Below the pieces are notes generated by a model. The model was not told the origin of the DNA. It saw nothing but the letters and a program-made list of their open reading frames with translations, and ran no database searches. A stretch of 64,000 bases of DNA from Dehalococcoidia bacterium (GTDB lineage Bacteria; Chloroflexota; Dehalococcoidia; Lucifugimonadales; SAR202-VII-2). The stretch is taken from the NCBI GenBank assembly GCA_965263165.1, contig OZ253584.1, positions 1,138,401 through 1,202,400 on the forward strand. The letters run 5' to 3'. Shown here in pieces: positions 18,533 through 28,798 of the stretch. Position 1 is the first letter of the stretch. The number at the start of each line of letters is the position of its first letter. The translations under genes were made by a program, and so were the position numbers.

Positions 18533-19039
18533 ACCCATGAAATGGGCCACCGGCCCGCTTCTCTTCCTTGGAGCCTGCCGCATACATCTTGGACAGGGGG
18601 CTAACCATAGAGAAGCCTCCTGTGGCGGCGCATCTGGGAAACGTCCCTCAGACCCACGACCGTCCGAAGAAAGGCGAGACCAGTGCCAATGCCGTTTCCA
18701 GACAAGCCCCTTGCAGCCGCGCGGCTCCGCCGCGGTTCGCTGCGCTTCAGCGACAACTGCACGACGGTCCATCACAGCTCGCTGACGGCTCCTGACGCCT
18801 TGGTGACGCCATTGTGACGGCTCCGTGCCTGGAAACCCCCGAAATCCGGCAGAGAAATATTACACATACAATCAAAGGAACAACATTCAATCAAAGGCGG
18901 CGCCGCATCTGTCCCCAAAGGCCCTACCCCGGGAACTGCCGGCGGCGGGCGGCCCACTCCACCACGTCCCTTGCGCGGGACGGGTCGAAGCTTTCCTCCA
19001 CCCACGTGAAGATGGAGACCGTGGACGGACGCTTCCGCC

Positions 19040-19951
19040 CTACTCCTCTCCCCGCGCTCGCACCTCTATCCCCGCCGCCTCTTCCTGCAGCTTGAACAGC
19101 GATGCCGTGCTCTCCTTCCCCCAGCCGCGGTTGATGGCATGGATCATCGCCTGCTCCACCAGGGCGTGGATCGGCATGGGGACGTTGTATTGGCGGGCCA
19201 CCTCCGTGGCCAGCCCAACATCCTTCCTTGATAGGTTTATGTCGAACCCGGAGGGCGCCGCGAAGTCGCCTGGGAAAATGACCTTGTCGAAGGTGCGCTG
19301 AAGCTGGTGCAGCATCACGTCCAGACCGTAGCGCATGCACTCCCATAGCAGCTCAGGGTCTGCGCCTGCTTTCGTTCCGAGCACCATTCCCTCGCCGATG
19401 GCGAGGCCGAATCCTCTCCGCACCATGTTGTGGGCAAGCTTGATTACGGTGCCGGATCCCAGGGGGCCGCAAAAGACGACCCTGTCGGCGAAGGCGTCCA
19501 GCAGCGGCTTGGCGGACTCGAAAGTCTCGGGGTCTCCGGAAGGCATCAGTTGGAGGTTGTTGTTGGACACGCCCTCCGTCCCAACGATGATCGGCGCGTC
19601 CAACACCTGCGCGCCTCTGAGCCTGAACTCGCCCTCGATGCGGCGGATGAGGTCTGGATGGCTGCTGGACAGATCGACGTAGATGGTCCCGCTGTGTATC
19701 CCGTGCAGCAGGCCGTTTGGACCAAGCGCCACCTCTTCGACCTCCCGGTGGCTGGGGAGCGACGTGAGCACGAACTGGCTGTCCCGCGCCACCTCCGCGG
19801 CCGATCCCGCGGCCTTGGCGCCGCCGTCCACAAGGGGTTGCATCGCCTCAGGCGAGATGTCGTGGACCACCATGGGATAGCCCGCTTTCTGAAGGTTTAG
19901 GGCGATGGCCCCGCCTATGGTTCCGAGGCCGATGAATCCTATCGTTTCCAT
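19040..19951 (-). CDS. NAD(P)-dependent beta-hydroxyacid dehydrogenase (3-hydroxyisobutyrate dehydrogenase family)
   Basis: GFIGLGTIG, LDAP, KLAHN and RKDVGLA motifs. Confidence 0.9.
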   Translation of the reverse strand: METIGFIGLGTIGGAIALNLQKAGYPMVVHDISPEAMQPLVDGGAKAAGSAAEVARDSQFVLTSLPSHREVEEVALGPNGLLHGIHSGTIYVDLSSSHPDLIRRIEGEFRLRGAQVLDAPIIVGTEGVSNNNLQLMPSGDPETFESAKPLLDAFADRVVFCGPLGSGTVIKLAHNMVRRGFGLAIGEGMVLGTKAGADPELLWECMRYGLDVMLHQLQRTFDKVIFPGDFAAPSGFDINLSRKDVGLATEVARQYNVPMPIHALVEQAMIHAINRGWGKESTASLFKLQEEAAGIEVRARGEE

Positions 19952-20169
19952 GCTCGCGTCTCCTTGGGTGAAATGGGTTCGCCGGGAGATTGAAATGCCC
20001 CCATCCCGGCCCTCCCCCCGAAGGGAGAAAGGATTATTCCCGCCCCATCAGGGGATGGCCAAAGGTGAGGGCAAGGCGCTCGCCGTGGAGGAGCCTGTCC
20101 TGTTCTGGATAGCTTTGGAACGCAGCGGAAGGCGCCTTCGACGGCGGTTGTTGGCTCTTCAGGGGCCGC

Positions 20170-20496
20170 CTAGCCTGGCGACCGGTCTATGTAGACCCAG
20201 CGCTCCTTGAGCATCCCGTCCACGACGCGGAGGACCTCGGCGCCCTTGGGCATCTGGAGGACCACCTTGTCCCCCTCCGCTATGAGGTCGTCGATCTGGA
20301 TATGAAACCCGGCGTGCTCGCGCAGTTTGGTCACTAGGTTGCGCATACCGTCGCGGCCCCGCACCGGCCCGTGGATGCTTGAATTAAACACATCCCGGAA
20401 GTCGGGAGCGAGCAACTCGTCGATCAGGTCCAGGTTGCCCTGATTCTCTACTTCTTCGTAGAAGCGGCGGACGATAGCCTTGTTCTCTTCCAGCAC
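20170..20496 (-). CDS. SnoaL-like/ester cyclase (NTF2 fold) protein
   Basis: ENKAIVRRFYEE...DLIAEGDKVV...ERW pattern. Confidence 0.8.
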   Translation of the reverse strand: MLEENKAIVRRFYEEVENQGNLDLIDELLAPDFRDVFNSSIHGPVRGRDGMRNLVTKLREHAGFHIQIDDLIAEGDKVVLQMPKGAEVLRVVDGMLKERWVYIDRSPG

Positions 20497-20624
20497 GCGT
20501 TTCCTCCTTATCCTGCAATGACGCCGGCCCGCTCACAGTGGAAGGCGCAAGGCCCGCGGGAGAGGGCATCCTGAGCGCGCAGGGAACACAGCGACGTCCT
20601 CAGCGGCCTGCGCTGTCCATGGCC

Positions 20625-21974
20625 CTAGTCGATGAACCGGGACAGCTTTTGCGGCACGTACTCCTCAGGCGCCTCGGTCACGAAGAGCTGCTGCTCGATT
20701 CCGTAGAGGCGGCAGGCGTTCTGGCCCATGAGCTTCCGTTGGACGTCGCGGGGCACGCTATGGCTGCTCAGGCGGTCCATGGTCTCCCAGGCGTCCATCG
20801 TGTCGTGGTGAGGCATGTCCGAAGCCCAGATACCCACGTCCTCGTAGATGTCCCAGGTGCGAAGGACGGGGTCCTCATCCGCCTCGAAGGAGATGAAGCA
20901 CTGCCGGGCGAATGTCTCCTCGGGGTCGCTGATCTTGAAGCCGATTTCGTCCAGATAGTAGCGGCTCAACTTCAGGAAGCCCTCCGCCTTCTCAAGGACC
21001 AGCGGCAGCCAGCCCGCGTTGGACTCCAGGATGGCGACCCGCAGGTTGGGGAACTTGTCCAGCCAGCCGCTGAGTAGCACGATGGTCAGCCAACTGCTGG
21101 CTTCGGCGATGAAACTCAGGGCCTCCAGGCTGGGGCTGGGCGACCCCATGGCGCTCATGATGTTGGGCACGAACTGGCCCGGGGAGTAGACGGCGGGAGC
21201 CTGAGCAAAGGGATGGGTCTCGTTCTCGCCTTGCCCGTTTATGTCGCGAACGCGCTTGGCCAGCTTCTCGTCCAGGGCGCCCGGGGCGATGAACGTGTGC
21301 ATGCACAGGGCGATTCCCAGATCTTCAAACTCGCGCCAGAGCGGGTCGAACTCCGGGTAGGTGGGGTACTTGTCGTTGCAAATGACAGGCCGCACAGCCG
21401 CCGCCTTGAAGCCCTTCCTGGCGACCCGCTTCAGCTCCTCCATAGCCACGCCCACGTCCTGCATGGGCAAGATGGCGCAGGGGAACAGACGTCTGGGGTT
21501 GGCGGCGCAGTAGTCGGTGACCCAATCGTTGTAGGCCCGGACGCTGATGGCGGCGGCCTCTGCGTTCCTCACCAGGCCGGACATGATCATGGGGGCGGAA
21601 GGAAAAACCATCACCTGGTCGATGCCGGTGGCGTCCATCTCGCGGAGGCGGGCGTGGGGATCCCGCTGGATGGCATTGCGGCCCAGCTTCTCATCCCAGT
21701 CGGGGTGAGCGGGGGAGATAAGTCCGATCTCCTCCTTGTCTATCGTGGGGTTCCAAACTTCCGCAGGGTACTGCCAGCTCAACGGGTTCAGGAACTGCGT
21801 CTGGCCGTTCAGGACGCGGATGCCGCGGTCGTTGTCGCTGTAGAGGTGCGTCTTGGCGAACTCCCGCTGGCCCCTGGGGATGTACTCGTCCCAGACCGCC
21901 GCGGGCTCGAAGATATGGCTGTCGCAGTCGAAGACGGGAAAGTCCTTGGTGCGGCCCTGGTTTTTGTAAGGCAT
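20625..21974 (-). CDS. Amidohydrolase_2 family protein (decarboxylase/hydratase-like)
   Basis: DCDSHIFEP, AYNDWV, LESNAGWLP and WASDMPHHD motifs. Confidence 0.88.
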   Translation of the reverse strand: MPYKNQGRTKDFPVFDCDSHIFEPAAVWDEYIPRGQREFAKTHLYSDNDRGIRVLNGQTQFLNPLSWQYPAEVWNPTIDKEEIGLISPAHPDWDEKLGRNAIQRDPHARLREMDATGIDQVMVFPSAPMIMSGLVRNAEAAAISVRAYNDWVTDYCAANPRRLFPCAILPMQDVGVAMEELKRVARKGFKAAAVRPVICNDKYPTYPEFDPLWREFEDLGIALCMHTFIAPGALDEKLAKRVRDINGQGENETHPFAQAPAVYSPGQFVPNIMSAMGSPSPSLEALSFIAEASSWLTIVLLSGWLDKFPNLRVAILESNAGWLPLVLEKAEGFLKLSRYYLDEIGFKISDPEETFARQCFISFEADEDPVLRTWDIYEDVGIWASDMPHHDTMDAWETMDRLSSHSVPRDVQRKLMGQNACRLYGIEQQLFVTEAPEEYVPQKLSRFID

Positions 21975-22202
21975 AATGCTCCTCCTGATTCAACACTGGT
22001 GGGGGGCCCCGTTAGTCTGTGGGCCGGGGCGGCTCGTCTTTCTTCCAGGGTTGGATGACGGTGATTTGCCGTAGCTGAAGCCGCGCTCTCACCCGCTCCG
22101 CCGACAGAAGTTGCTCAAGAGGGGGTAGGGCTCCCACGGGGCCTCCGCGTATGCAGGTTTCCCCTTCCGTTGCGGACAGAGAATTGGCGGGTGAGGGTAT
22201 CC

Positions 22203-23345
22203 CTACGCCCCCACAGGCTGGACGACGCCGTACATGCTAGCGCAGTTGTTCCAGAGGATCTTCATCTTGTCCTCGTCATTGATGGGGAGCTCGAGGAAAC
22301 GCTCCACGGCGACGGGGTACTTGGAGTCACCGTGGGGGTAGTCGGTCGAGAAGACCAGGTTGTCGTTGCCCATCCAGTCGATGACGTACTTCACCGGCTC
22401 CTCGTCCCCCTCCACGGAGGCGTAGCCCTGCTTCTTGAAGTATTCGGAAGGCGCCGCCGTCAGGTCCGGCGCCCACACGTCGCCCTGCTGTTCGTAGTGC
22501 TCATCCAGACGCCACATGAGAAAGGGGAGCCAGCTACAGTTCCCCTCCAGGAAGGCGACCCGCAGCGTTGGGAACTTGTGGAAGATGCCACCGCCCGCAA
22601 AGCTGGCGGTGGCCAGCATCTGTTCCACGGGATGACAGAAGGTGTGCCGCAGCATGAAGTTGGCCCCGAATTGCCATCCAACCTGGGGGAGCCCGGAGAA
22701 GATGGCCTCGTGGAAGCCCAGGGGAACGTTCAGCTCTTCGATGGCTGCCCAAAGGGGGTCGTAGTAGGGGTCGTGCCAGGGCCGGTTGTTCACCATGTTG
22801 GGGCGTAGGAAGATGGCCCGGAATCCCAACTCCTTCACCGAGCGCTTGGCCTCCTCCACCGCGTCGTTGATGTCGAAGACCGAGACCATGCCTGCGCCCA
22901 GGAGGCGCTTGGGGTCGGCCTGGCAGAAGTCGTAGAGCCAGTCGTTGTAGCCGCGGGCGACAGCGGCGGCCAGCGGGGAGTCCATGCCGGGCTCGCCCAA
23001 AGCGTGAAGGCCTCGGCTGGGGTAGATGACCGCCACGTCGATGCCCTCCACGTCCATCGCCTCGAGCTGGACATCGTTGGAGTAGCCGCGGGCGGCGTGG
23101 TCGCGGAAGCGGTCCTCAACGCTCTGAGCCTGAACGCCCACCGGCTTTGGCGCGTCCGTTGGCCGGATAGGGTCGCGTCCCCAGAGTCTGCCGTCTGGGT
23201 GAATGAGGTTCAGGTCGCCGGCGCTCTTGGCTGTGCCCTGGGGCGCCCGGTCCCTGAAGGAGGAATCGATGTATCGGTCCCAGAGGTCTACGGGCTCGAT
23301 GATATGCATGTCGCTGTCGATGACTTTGAAGCCGTTTTTAGCCAC
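22203..23345 (-). CDS. Amidohydrolase_2 family protein
   Basis: DSDMHIIEP, GYNDWL, LEGNCSWLP and STDYPHGD motifs; GTG start after AGGAGGA RBS. Confidence 0.9.
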   Translation of the reverse strand: MAKNGFKVIDSDMHIIEPVDLWDRYIDSSFRDRAPQGTAKSAGDLNLIHPDGRLWGRDPIRPTDAPKPVGVQAQSVEDRFRDHAARGYSNDVQLEAMDVEGIDVAVIYPSRGLHALGEPGMDSPLAAAVARGYNDWLYDFCQADPKRLLGAGMVSVFDINDAVEEAKRSVKELGFRAIFLRPNMVNNRPWHDPYYDPLWAAIEELNVPLGFHEAIFSGLPQVGWQFGANFMLRHTFCHPVEQMLATASFAGGGIFHKFPTLRVAFLEGNCSWLPFLMWRLDEHYEQQGDVWAPDLTAAPSEYFKKQGYASVEGDEEPVKYVIDWMGNDNLVFSTDYPHGDSKYPVAVERFLELPINDEDKMKILWNNCASMYGVVQPVGA

Positions 23346-23549
23346 GCCAATCCTCCTGCTCCCGGTCCGTACTTGCCGCCGCATAGCCCGGCGAAGCTGG
23401 TCTCCCTGTGGTCTTGGTTCTCTGAGGTATCCCAAACGCAAAACGCCGATGGTTTCGCAGATGCCGCCGCGTCCACTCGGCGGGGTGCCCCCAAGTCAAG
23501 GCGATGCTAAGGTGTGCCCTGCTCCTTGTCAAGAATGCTTCCAGGCTTG

Positions 23550-23578
23550 TTGACGAGAAGGGGAAGCCTGGCTATTCT
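23550..23578 (+). promoter_or_regulatory. Candidate sigma70 promoter upstream of the TTT genes
   Basis: TTGACG-17bp-TATTCT. Confidence 0.5.
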
Positions 23579-23979
23579 GTGGCGAACCCAACGCGGCGCG
23601 AACGGGCGCAGTCCGCCGAAGTTCGTAGCAAGCACTATCGGTGATGGAGAGAAGCGACCGCTTAGCGCCTCATTCTACAACCCCGGGTGGCTCTTCCAAG
23701 AGCGGGCTGGGGCGCCGCTTCCTTGCGGGACATGGGGGATTGCCGAATTTCCCGCCTTCCTCTTTTGAGGTTGGCCAGGGCCGATGACTCAGACGCGAGT
23801 CGGCAGCGTGTTCGATGTTCGCGTGGCCCCCCGCTGCTCGCAGCGGCTTTGGCCGCAACCAGGGTGGCCCCCAACCACTCAGAAGGAAGTGGTTGAGCAA
23901 CTGGCGAGTGTAAGCGTTTGGAACGTGACGCCGGGCATTTGGAGCCGGAGCTACAGCATCCTTAGCCCAAGGGGGCACT

Positions 23980-25230
23980 ATGAGCAATGGAATCGTTTCT
24001 CGAAAGCGGACGTTTCTCGCCAAGGCGGCAGTGATTGGCTTGGTCCTAGCGGCCCTACTGGCGGCCGCCTGTGGCTCTGATCCAACCAATACTCCAAGGC
24101 CGACCGATACTCCGAGGCCCGCCGACACCCCGGCCCCGCCAGCGCCAACTCCGATCCCTACGGCAACCCTAGCGCCGGGCGAGACACCACAACCCACGGC
24201 AACGCCGCGCCCCACAAGTGCGCCACAGCCGACGGCTACGGCAACGCCTCGGCCAACGCCGGCGCCCGTGCCCTTCTACGAGGGCAAGACGCTACGCCTT
24301 GTTGTGCCCTTCAACCCCGGCGGGTCATTCGACTTCACCGGCCGCGTCGTGGCCCGGCACATTTCCAAACACCTGGCTGGGAATCCACAGGTCATCGTCC
24401 AGAACATGCCGGGCGCCGGTGGAATCCGAGGCACCAGCTACGTGGCGCAGGAAGCCTCAGCAGATGGGCTCACCATGGTCGTTCACGACCGGGCGGGCTA
24501 CCTTCAAGCGTTTCTGGGAAGGGAACTTCCCTACGATTTCTTCTAGTTCCGACCAATTGGGTCGACCTCGGCCCAGCCAAGCCTCGTAGTTGTCCGCTCG
24601 GACCTGGGGATCAATTCCATTGAAGACCTCGTGAGCTATGACCGGCAGGTGGTCTACGCTGCTCCCGGAAGGTCCAATACGGCCTACTGGATCGCGCGCC
24701 TGGTCGAAATACTGTTCGGGGCCGAGTGGCGCTTCGTCACGCAATTCAATGGCGTTCCCGTCATCAACCTGGCGATGGACGCCATGGAAGTGGAGGCCAT
24801 GCAGCATGGCACCATCTCCATCCTTTCCCAAAAGCCTGAGTGGATTTCGGAGGGGTTCGTGACGGCCATTGTCCAGACAGGACGGCCAGGCCCCGACGGG
24901 CTGGTCAGAGACCCGTCGTTTCCCGACACCCCCACCTTCCACGAACTGCTGGGGGACGATGAGGAGGGCAAGAGGCTCGTGGAGTTCGTGCACACCGGAG
25001 ACCTGGGCGCCTGGCCTATATCCGTAGCGCCGGGCACGCCCCAGGAGCGCGTGGACGAGTTGAGGCAGGCCTTCATCGACACCACGAATGACCCCGAATA
25101 CATTGCCGAATTCAGCCGTAGCTATGGACAACCTGCGCCACTCACCGGCGAGCAGCTGGAGGCCCTTTACCAGGGTCTGAGGGAACCGTCGCCCAGCCTG
25201 CTGGCGAGGATTCAAGAGGTTCTCGAATAG
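23980..25230 (+). pseudogene. tctC: TctC/Bug tripartite tricarboxylate transporter binding lipoprotein interrupted by one in-frame TAG at 24544-24546
   Basis: Lipobox LAAAC, Pro/Thr linker, VPFNPGGSFD and QNMPGAGG; reading continues in frame as PYDFF*FRPIGS...; the two ORF-track pieces share a frame. Confidence 0.85.
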
Positions 25231-25425
25231 GACCGGTTCCTGATGAACCCGGCGCTGCCGTCCTGGGCGGCCAACCGTGGAGCTATAACCTCGGCAGGGG
25301 CATGGAGACGCGCCCCTGCCGAGGATTCAGGGAATAGAATCGATTGCCTCCCCGCCCTACCTGAGCCCTACCGCCTTTCCACGGCGAGGTGAGCGTCGTG
25401 AGCCCCAGCGAAGCGAGCGGTTACC

Positions 25426-26910
25426 GTGCTTGAAGCCTTTTCCGATGGGCTTCTGGCCTCCGTAGCCTGGCCTGCCATAGGATTCTTAATCATCGGCGTC
25501 CTCGTGGGCGCTGCTGTCGGGGCCATCCCGGGCCTTGGGGCCACGGTGGGGCTGGCCCTCTTTCTTCCCTTCACCTTCGGCATGTCGCCAGTGCAGGCTT
25601 TTGCCTTTCTCCTGGGTCTGTACGCCTCGCTGGCTACATTCGACACCATTCCCGCGGTGCTGATAAGCACTCCTGGGACTCCCAACGCCCAGGCTACGAT
25701 TCTGGACGGCTACCCCCTGGCAAGAAAGGGACAGGCGGCGCGCGCCATGAGCGCCGCCTTCACCGCCTCGATGATAGGCGGAGTCTTCGGCGCGTTCGTG
25801 TTGGCCCTCGCCATCCCCATTCTCCGGCCCTTGGTGCTGACCTTCAGGTCCCCGGAGTTGTTTGCCATGGGCCTTTTTGGGCTTGCCACGGTGAGCCTAT
25901 TGTCGGAAGGCTCCATGGTCCGCGGGTTCATGGCGGCGGTCTTTGGGATACTGCTTGCCACCGTGGGGCTTGGGCCGGACGCGGTCATTAGCCGTTTCGG
26001 CGCTGGGCATCTGTATCTCTATGACGGCATTGGGCTTGTGCCCTTGGTGGTCGGCGTGTTCGCTATTCCGGAAGTCATTGACCTAGCGGTGCGCCGCACC
26101 TCCATCGCCGAAGCCACTGCCATCGGCTCCGGGCGGTGGGAGGGCGTCAAAGATACCCTCAGACATTGGCCCTTGGTCATCAGGTGCAGTGTGATGGGTG
26201 TGCTGGTGGGCATCATGCCTGCCCTTGGCGGGAATATGTCGGCGTGGCTGGCCTATGGCCACGCGATGCAGAGCTCCAAGCATCCGGAAGAATTCGGCAA
26301 GGGGGCCATAGAGGGGGTCATCGGTCCGGAAAGCGCCAACAACGCAACGACGGGCGGGGCCTTGATCCCGACCATTGCCTTCGGCGTGCCGGGGTCGGCC
26401 CCGCTGGCCATCCTCCTGGGAGCGTTCTTGATCGTTGGCCTAACGCCCGGCCCAGCCATGCTGAAGGAGAACCTAGATGTCACCTTTAGCATGGTTTGGG
26501 CCGTGGTCTTTGCCAACCTCATTGCGGGTTCCCTGTGCCTGCTGCTCGCCAACCATCTGGGCAAGCTGACGTTCCTTCGCCCCCACATTATCATCGTGAC
26601 CATTCTCCTGTTCGTGTTCATTGGCTCCTTCGCCGTCAATGCCGATTTCCGCGACATTTTGGCGATGCTGGGATTTGGCGCTTTCGGATACCTCATGCGC
26701 CGGTATGGGTGGTCCCGCCCGGCTCTCACTCTGGGCATTGTCCTGGGTCCCATCCTCGAGGACAACGCGCTCCTGTCGACGCAAATCTGGGGCACGGCCT
26801 GGCTGTACAGACCCATTGTGCTGGCATTGTTCGTCATCACCGTCGCCAGCCTGTTCTACTTCCCGCGCATCGTCGGCCGGGCTATGCGGAGAGACAGGGC
26901 CGACGCATAG
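25426..26910 (+). CDS. tctA: Tripartite tricarboxylate transporter permease TctA
   Basis: GAIPGLG, PGTPNAQATILDGYP, GPESANNA and AFGVPGS motifs. Confidence 0.93.
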   Translation: MLEAFSDGLLASVAWPAIGFLIIGVLVGAAVGAIPGLGATVGLALFLPFTFGMSPVQAFAFLLGLYASLATFDTIPAVLISTPGTPNAQATILDGYPLARKGQAARAMSAAFTASMIGGVFGAFVLALAIPILRPLVLTFRSPELFAMGLFGLATVSLLSEGSMVRGFMAAVFGILLATVGLGPDAVISRFGAGHLYLYDGIGLVPLVVGVFAIPEVIDLAVRRTSIAEATAIGSGRWEGVKDTLRHWPLVIRCSVMGVLVGIMPALGGNMSAWLAYGHAMQSSKHPEEFGKGAIEGVIGPESANNATTGGALIPTIAFGVPGSAPLAILLGAFLIVGLTPGPAMLKENLDVTFSMVWAVVFANLIAGSLCLLLANHLGKLTFLRPHIIIVTILLFVFIGSFAVNADFRDILAMLGFGAFGYLMRRYGWSRPALTLGIVLGPILEDNALLSTQIWGTAWLYRPIVLALFVITVASLFYFPRIVGRAMRRDRADA

Positions 26911-26940
26911 GCTTGCTTGCCCCGCTACTCGAGGACAAAG

Positions 26941-26976
26941 AAAAGGCGCCTACTATCCAGCAGGCGCCTTTTCTTT
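26941..26976. terminator. Bidirectional intrinsic terminator
   Basis: AAAAGGCGCCT-loop-AGGCGCCTTTT between convergent genes. Confidence 0.8.
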
Positions 26977-26993
26977 GTCTGTGCCGATGAACG

Positions 26994-28778
26994 CTAGCGG
27001 TTCTGGGCGACCACGTCCACAACGGCGCAACGGCCCTCTTCCGCCACGACGCGGGCCGCGCGGGCAAGGGCCGGCCCCAGGTCTTCCGGCCGCTCGATGG
27101 GGCCTTCGCCGTGGACGCCGAGAGCGTTGGCCAGCGAGGCGTGGTCGACGTTCGGGTCTTCCAGCCGTATGCCGATGTGCTTGTTCTCCTCGGGCCTGCC
27201 CCTGACCCTGGCTATCATTCCCTGGTGGTACTCGTCGTTGTAGTAGGAGCGATTGTTGTTGATGATGTACAGGGCCGGAATGCGGTGGTGGGCGGCGGTC
27301 CAAAAGGCGCCGGGCGCCATCATGAGGTCGCCGTCACCCTGAAATTGAACGCATATCTTGCCCTCACCCTTGGTGGCGAGGGCGATGCCAAGGGCGCGGC
27401 CGATGCTGCCCCCAACGCCGCCGCCGCCGGGCGAGACCATGTACTGCTCCGGCTTCGATATGTCCCACAGCCGAGAGACCCATCCCCCGCGCACGGAGTC
27501 GGTGACCGTCCAGTCGTAGGAACGGACGGCCTCCCACGCCTGCTGCACGATGAACGGGACTGAGATGGGGCTCTGGCCGGCGGTCCTGCCGACCGCTTCA
27601 CTGGCGGCGTTCCGAATCTGGGCGTGGCGCTCCTGAAGGCTTGCAGCCCGCTGTCGGCGAGCCTCCACGCGGTCAGGGAGGTCATCCATCTTCTTCAGGC
27701 ACAGTTCCGCGAGCGCCGGCACTGCCAGCGAGCAGTCGGCGGAGATGGGCGCGTCGACGGGGTGGATCCTCCCGTAGTCCTGGACCCAGCTTCTCACGGT
27801 GAATTGACGCAGGGAGACGTCGATGATCTGGGCCGACTCAGGGATACTGGACGTGGCCTGCCGCGTAGCGCGGTCCAGGGTGGACAGGGCTTGCTGAAGG
27901 TCGTGGAGATCCAGCGCCAACACGACATCCGCATCACCAAGGATTTCAACCTCTGCGCCGGTGAGGTTGAGGGTGTGTGTGCTGGGGAAATTGAACAGTG
28001 TTCCCATATCCACAACGGGGGCAGGCAGTCTTTCCGCCAGAGTGACAAGGGCCGCCAGCGCCTCAGGGGAGCCCCCCTGGTTGTTGGCGAGTATCACAGG
28101 GCGCCGGGCGCCCGACAGGAGTTCGGCGGCGCGCTCCAATGCCGCAGGGTCGCCTTGGACGCGGCTATGGGCCGCGTAGCGAGCGACGTCCGGGATCGGC
28201 AGAGGCTGGGCCAGGGGCATCTCCTGAAGCGCGGCATCGAAGTTGATATAGACCGGACCACGAGGCTCCGTGGTGAGCACCTGCTGCGCTCGGAGCAAGG
28301 AGTCGATGAAGCCCTGGACGCTCGAGGGCTGGTCATCCCATTTGACGAAATCCCGTACGGCGTTGCCCTGGACCAGCGCCGTATGGATCCAGTCGATCCA
28401 GGGACGGCGTTGCTCCGTGGCCATGGGCCCGGTCCCTCCGAGAACCAGCACGGGCATGCGGTCTTCCCAGGCGTTGAAGATGCCCATTGAGGCGTGCAGC
28501 AGCCCCACGATGTTGTGTACAGCGGCAGCCATGGGTCTGCCCGTAGCCACTGCATAGCCATGGGCTATGGCGATGGCAATCTCTTCGTGCGTACACAGGA
28601 TGGCTTCGGGCGCGGTATTCCCGCCATAGTTGACTAGAGAGTCGTGGAGGCCCCGGAATGTCGCGCCGGGGTTCAGGGCGATGTATTCGTACTCGAGGGC
28701 CCGCAGCATATCCACGATGACGTCGGACCCGTACTCTGCCTTGCCGATGACGCCGGGGCTGTGCTTGGTGACTACCAT
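26994..28778 (-). CDS. Thiamine-diphosphate-dependent enzyme (benzoylformate decarboxylase/ALS superfamily)
   Basis: NPGATFRGLHDS, catalytic CTHEE and GDGDLMM...NNRSY motifs; ATG 28778 after AGGAG. Confidence 0.88.
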   Translation of the reverse strand: MVVTKHSPGVIGKAEYGSDVIVDMLRALEYEYIALNPGATFRGLHDSLVNYGGNTAPEAILCTHEEIAIAIAHGYAVATGRPMAAAVHNIVGLLHASMGIFNAWEDRMPVLVLGGTGPMATEQRRPWIDWIHTALVQGNAVRDFVKWDDQPSSVQGFIDSLLRAQQVLTTEPRGPVYINFDAALQEMPLAQPLPIPDVARYAAHSRVQGDPAALERAAELLSGARRPVILANNQGGSPEALAALVTLAERLPAPVVDMGTLFNFPSTHTLNLTGAEVEILGDADVVLALDLHDLQQALSTLDRATRQATSSIPESAQIIDVSLRQFTVRSWVQDYGRIHPVDAPISADCSLAVPALAELCLKKMDDLPDRVEARRQRAASLQERHAQIRNAASEAVGRTAGQSPISVPFIVQQAWEAVRSYDWTVTDSVRGGWVSRLWDISKPEQYMVSPGGGGVGGSIGRALGIALATKGEGKICVQFQGDGDLMMAPGAFWTAAHHRIPALYIINNNRSYYNDEYHQGMIARVRGRPEENKHIGIRLEDPNVDHASLANALGVHGEGPIERPEDLGPALARAARVVAEEGRCAVVDVVAQNR

Positions 28779-28798
28779 TCCTGCTCCTTGGGGTCCTG

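Larger units (their letters stand above)
17783..18900 (+). repeat. Tandem block A: two copies (U1, U2) of a roughly 550-600 bp promoter-bearing cassette
   Basis: Both share CCCTGTACCC(C/A)AAAACG..GGAGGGTGG..GGTGGGACAACGGCG, a promoter, GCCTGCCGCATA/CCCTGCCGCATA leader, GACG microrepeats, CTCCGTGCCTG..AAACCCC.GAAAT and ACATACAATCAAAG. Confidence 0.88.

Noticed and set aside
23579-23979. 400 bp leader before tctC as a riboswitch
   Set aside because: No recognisable aptamer consensus; a GGAGAGA fragment alone is insufficient
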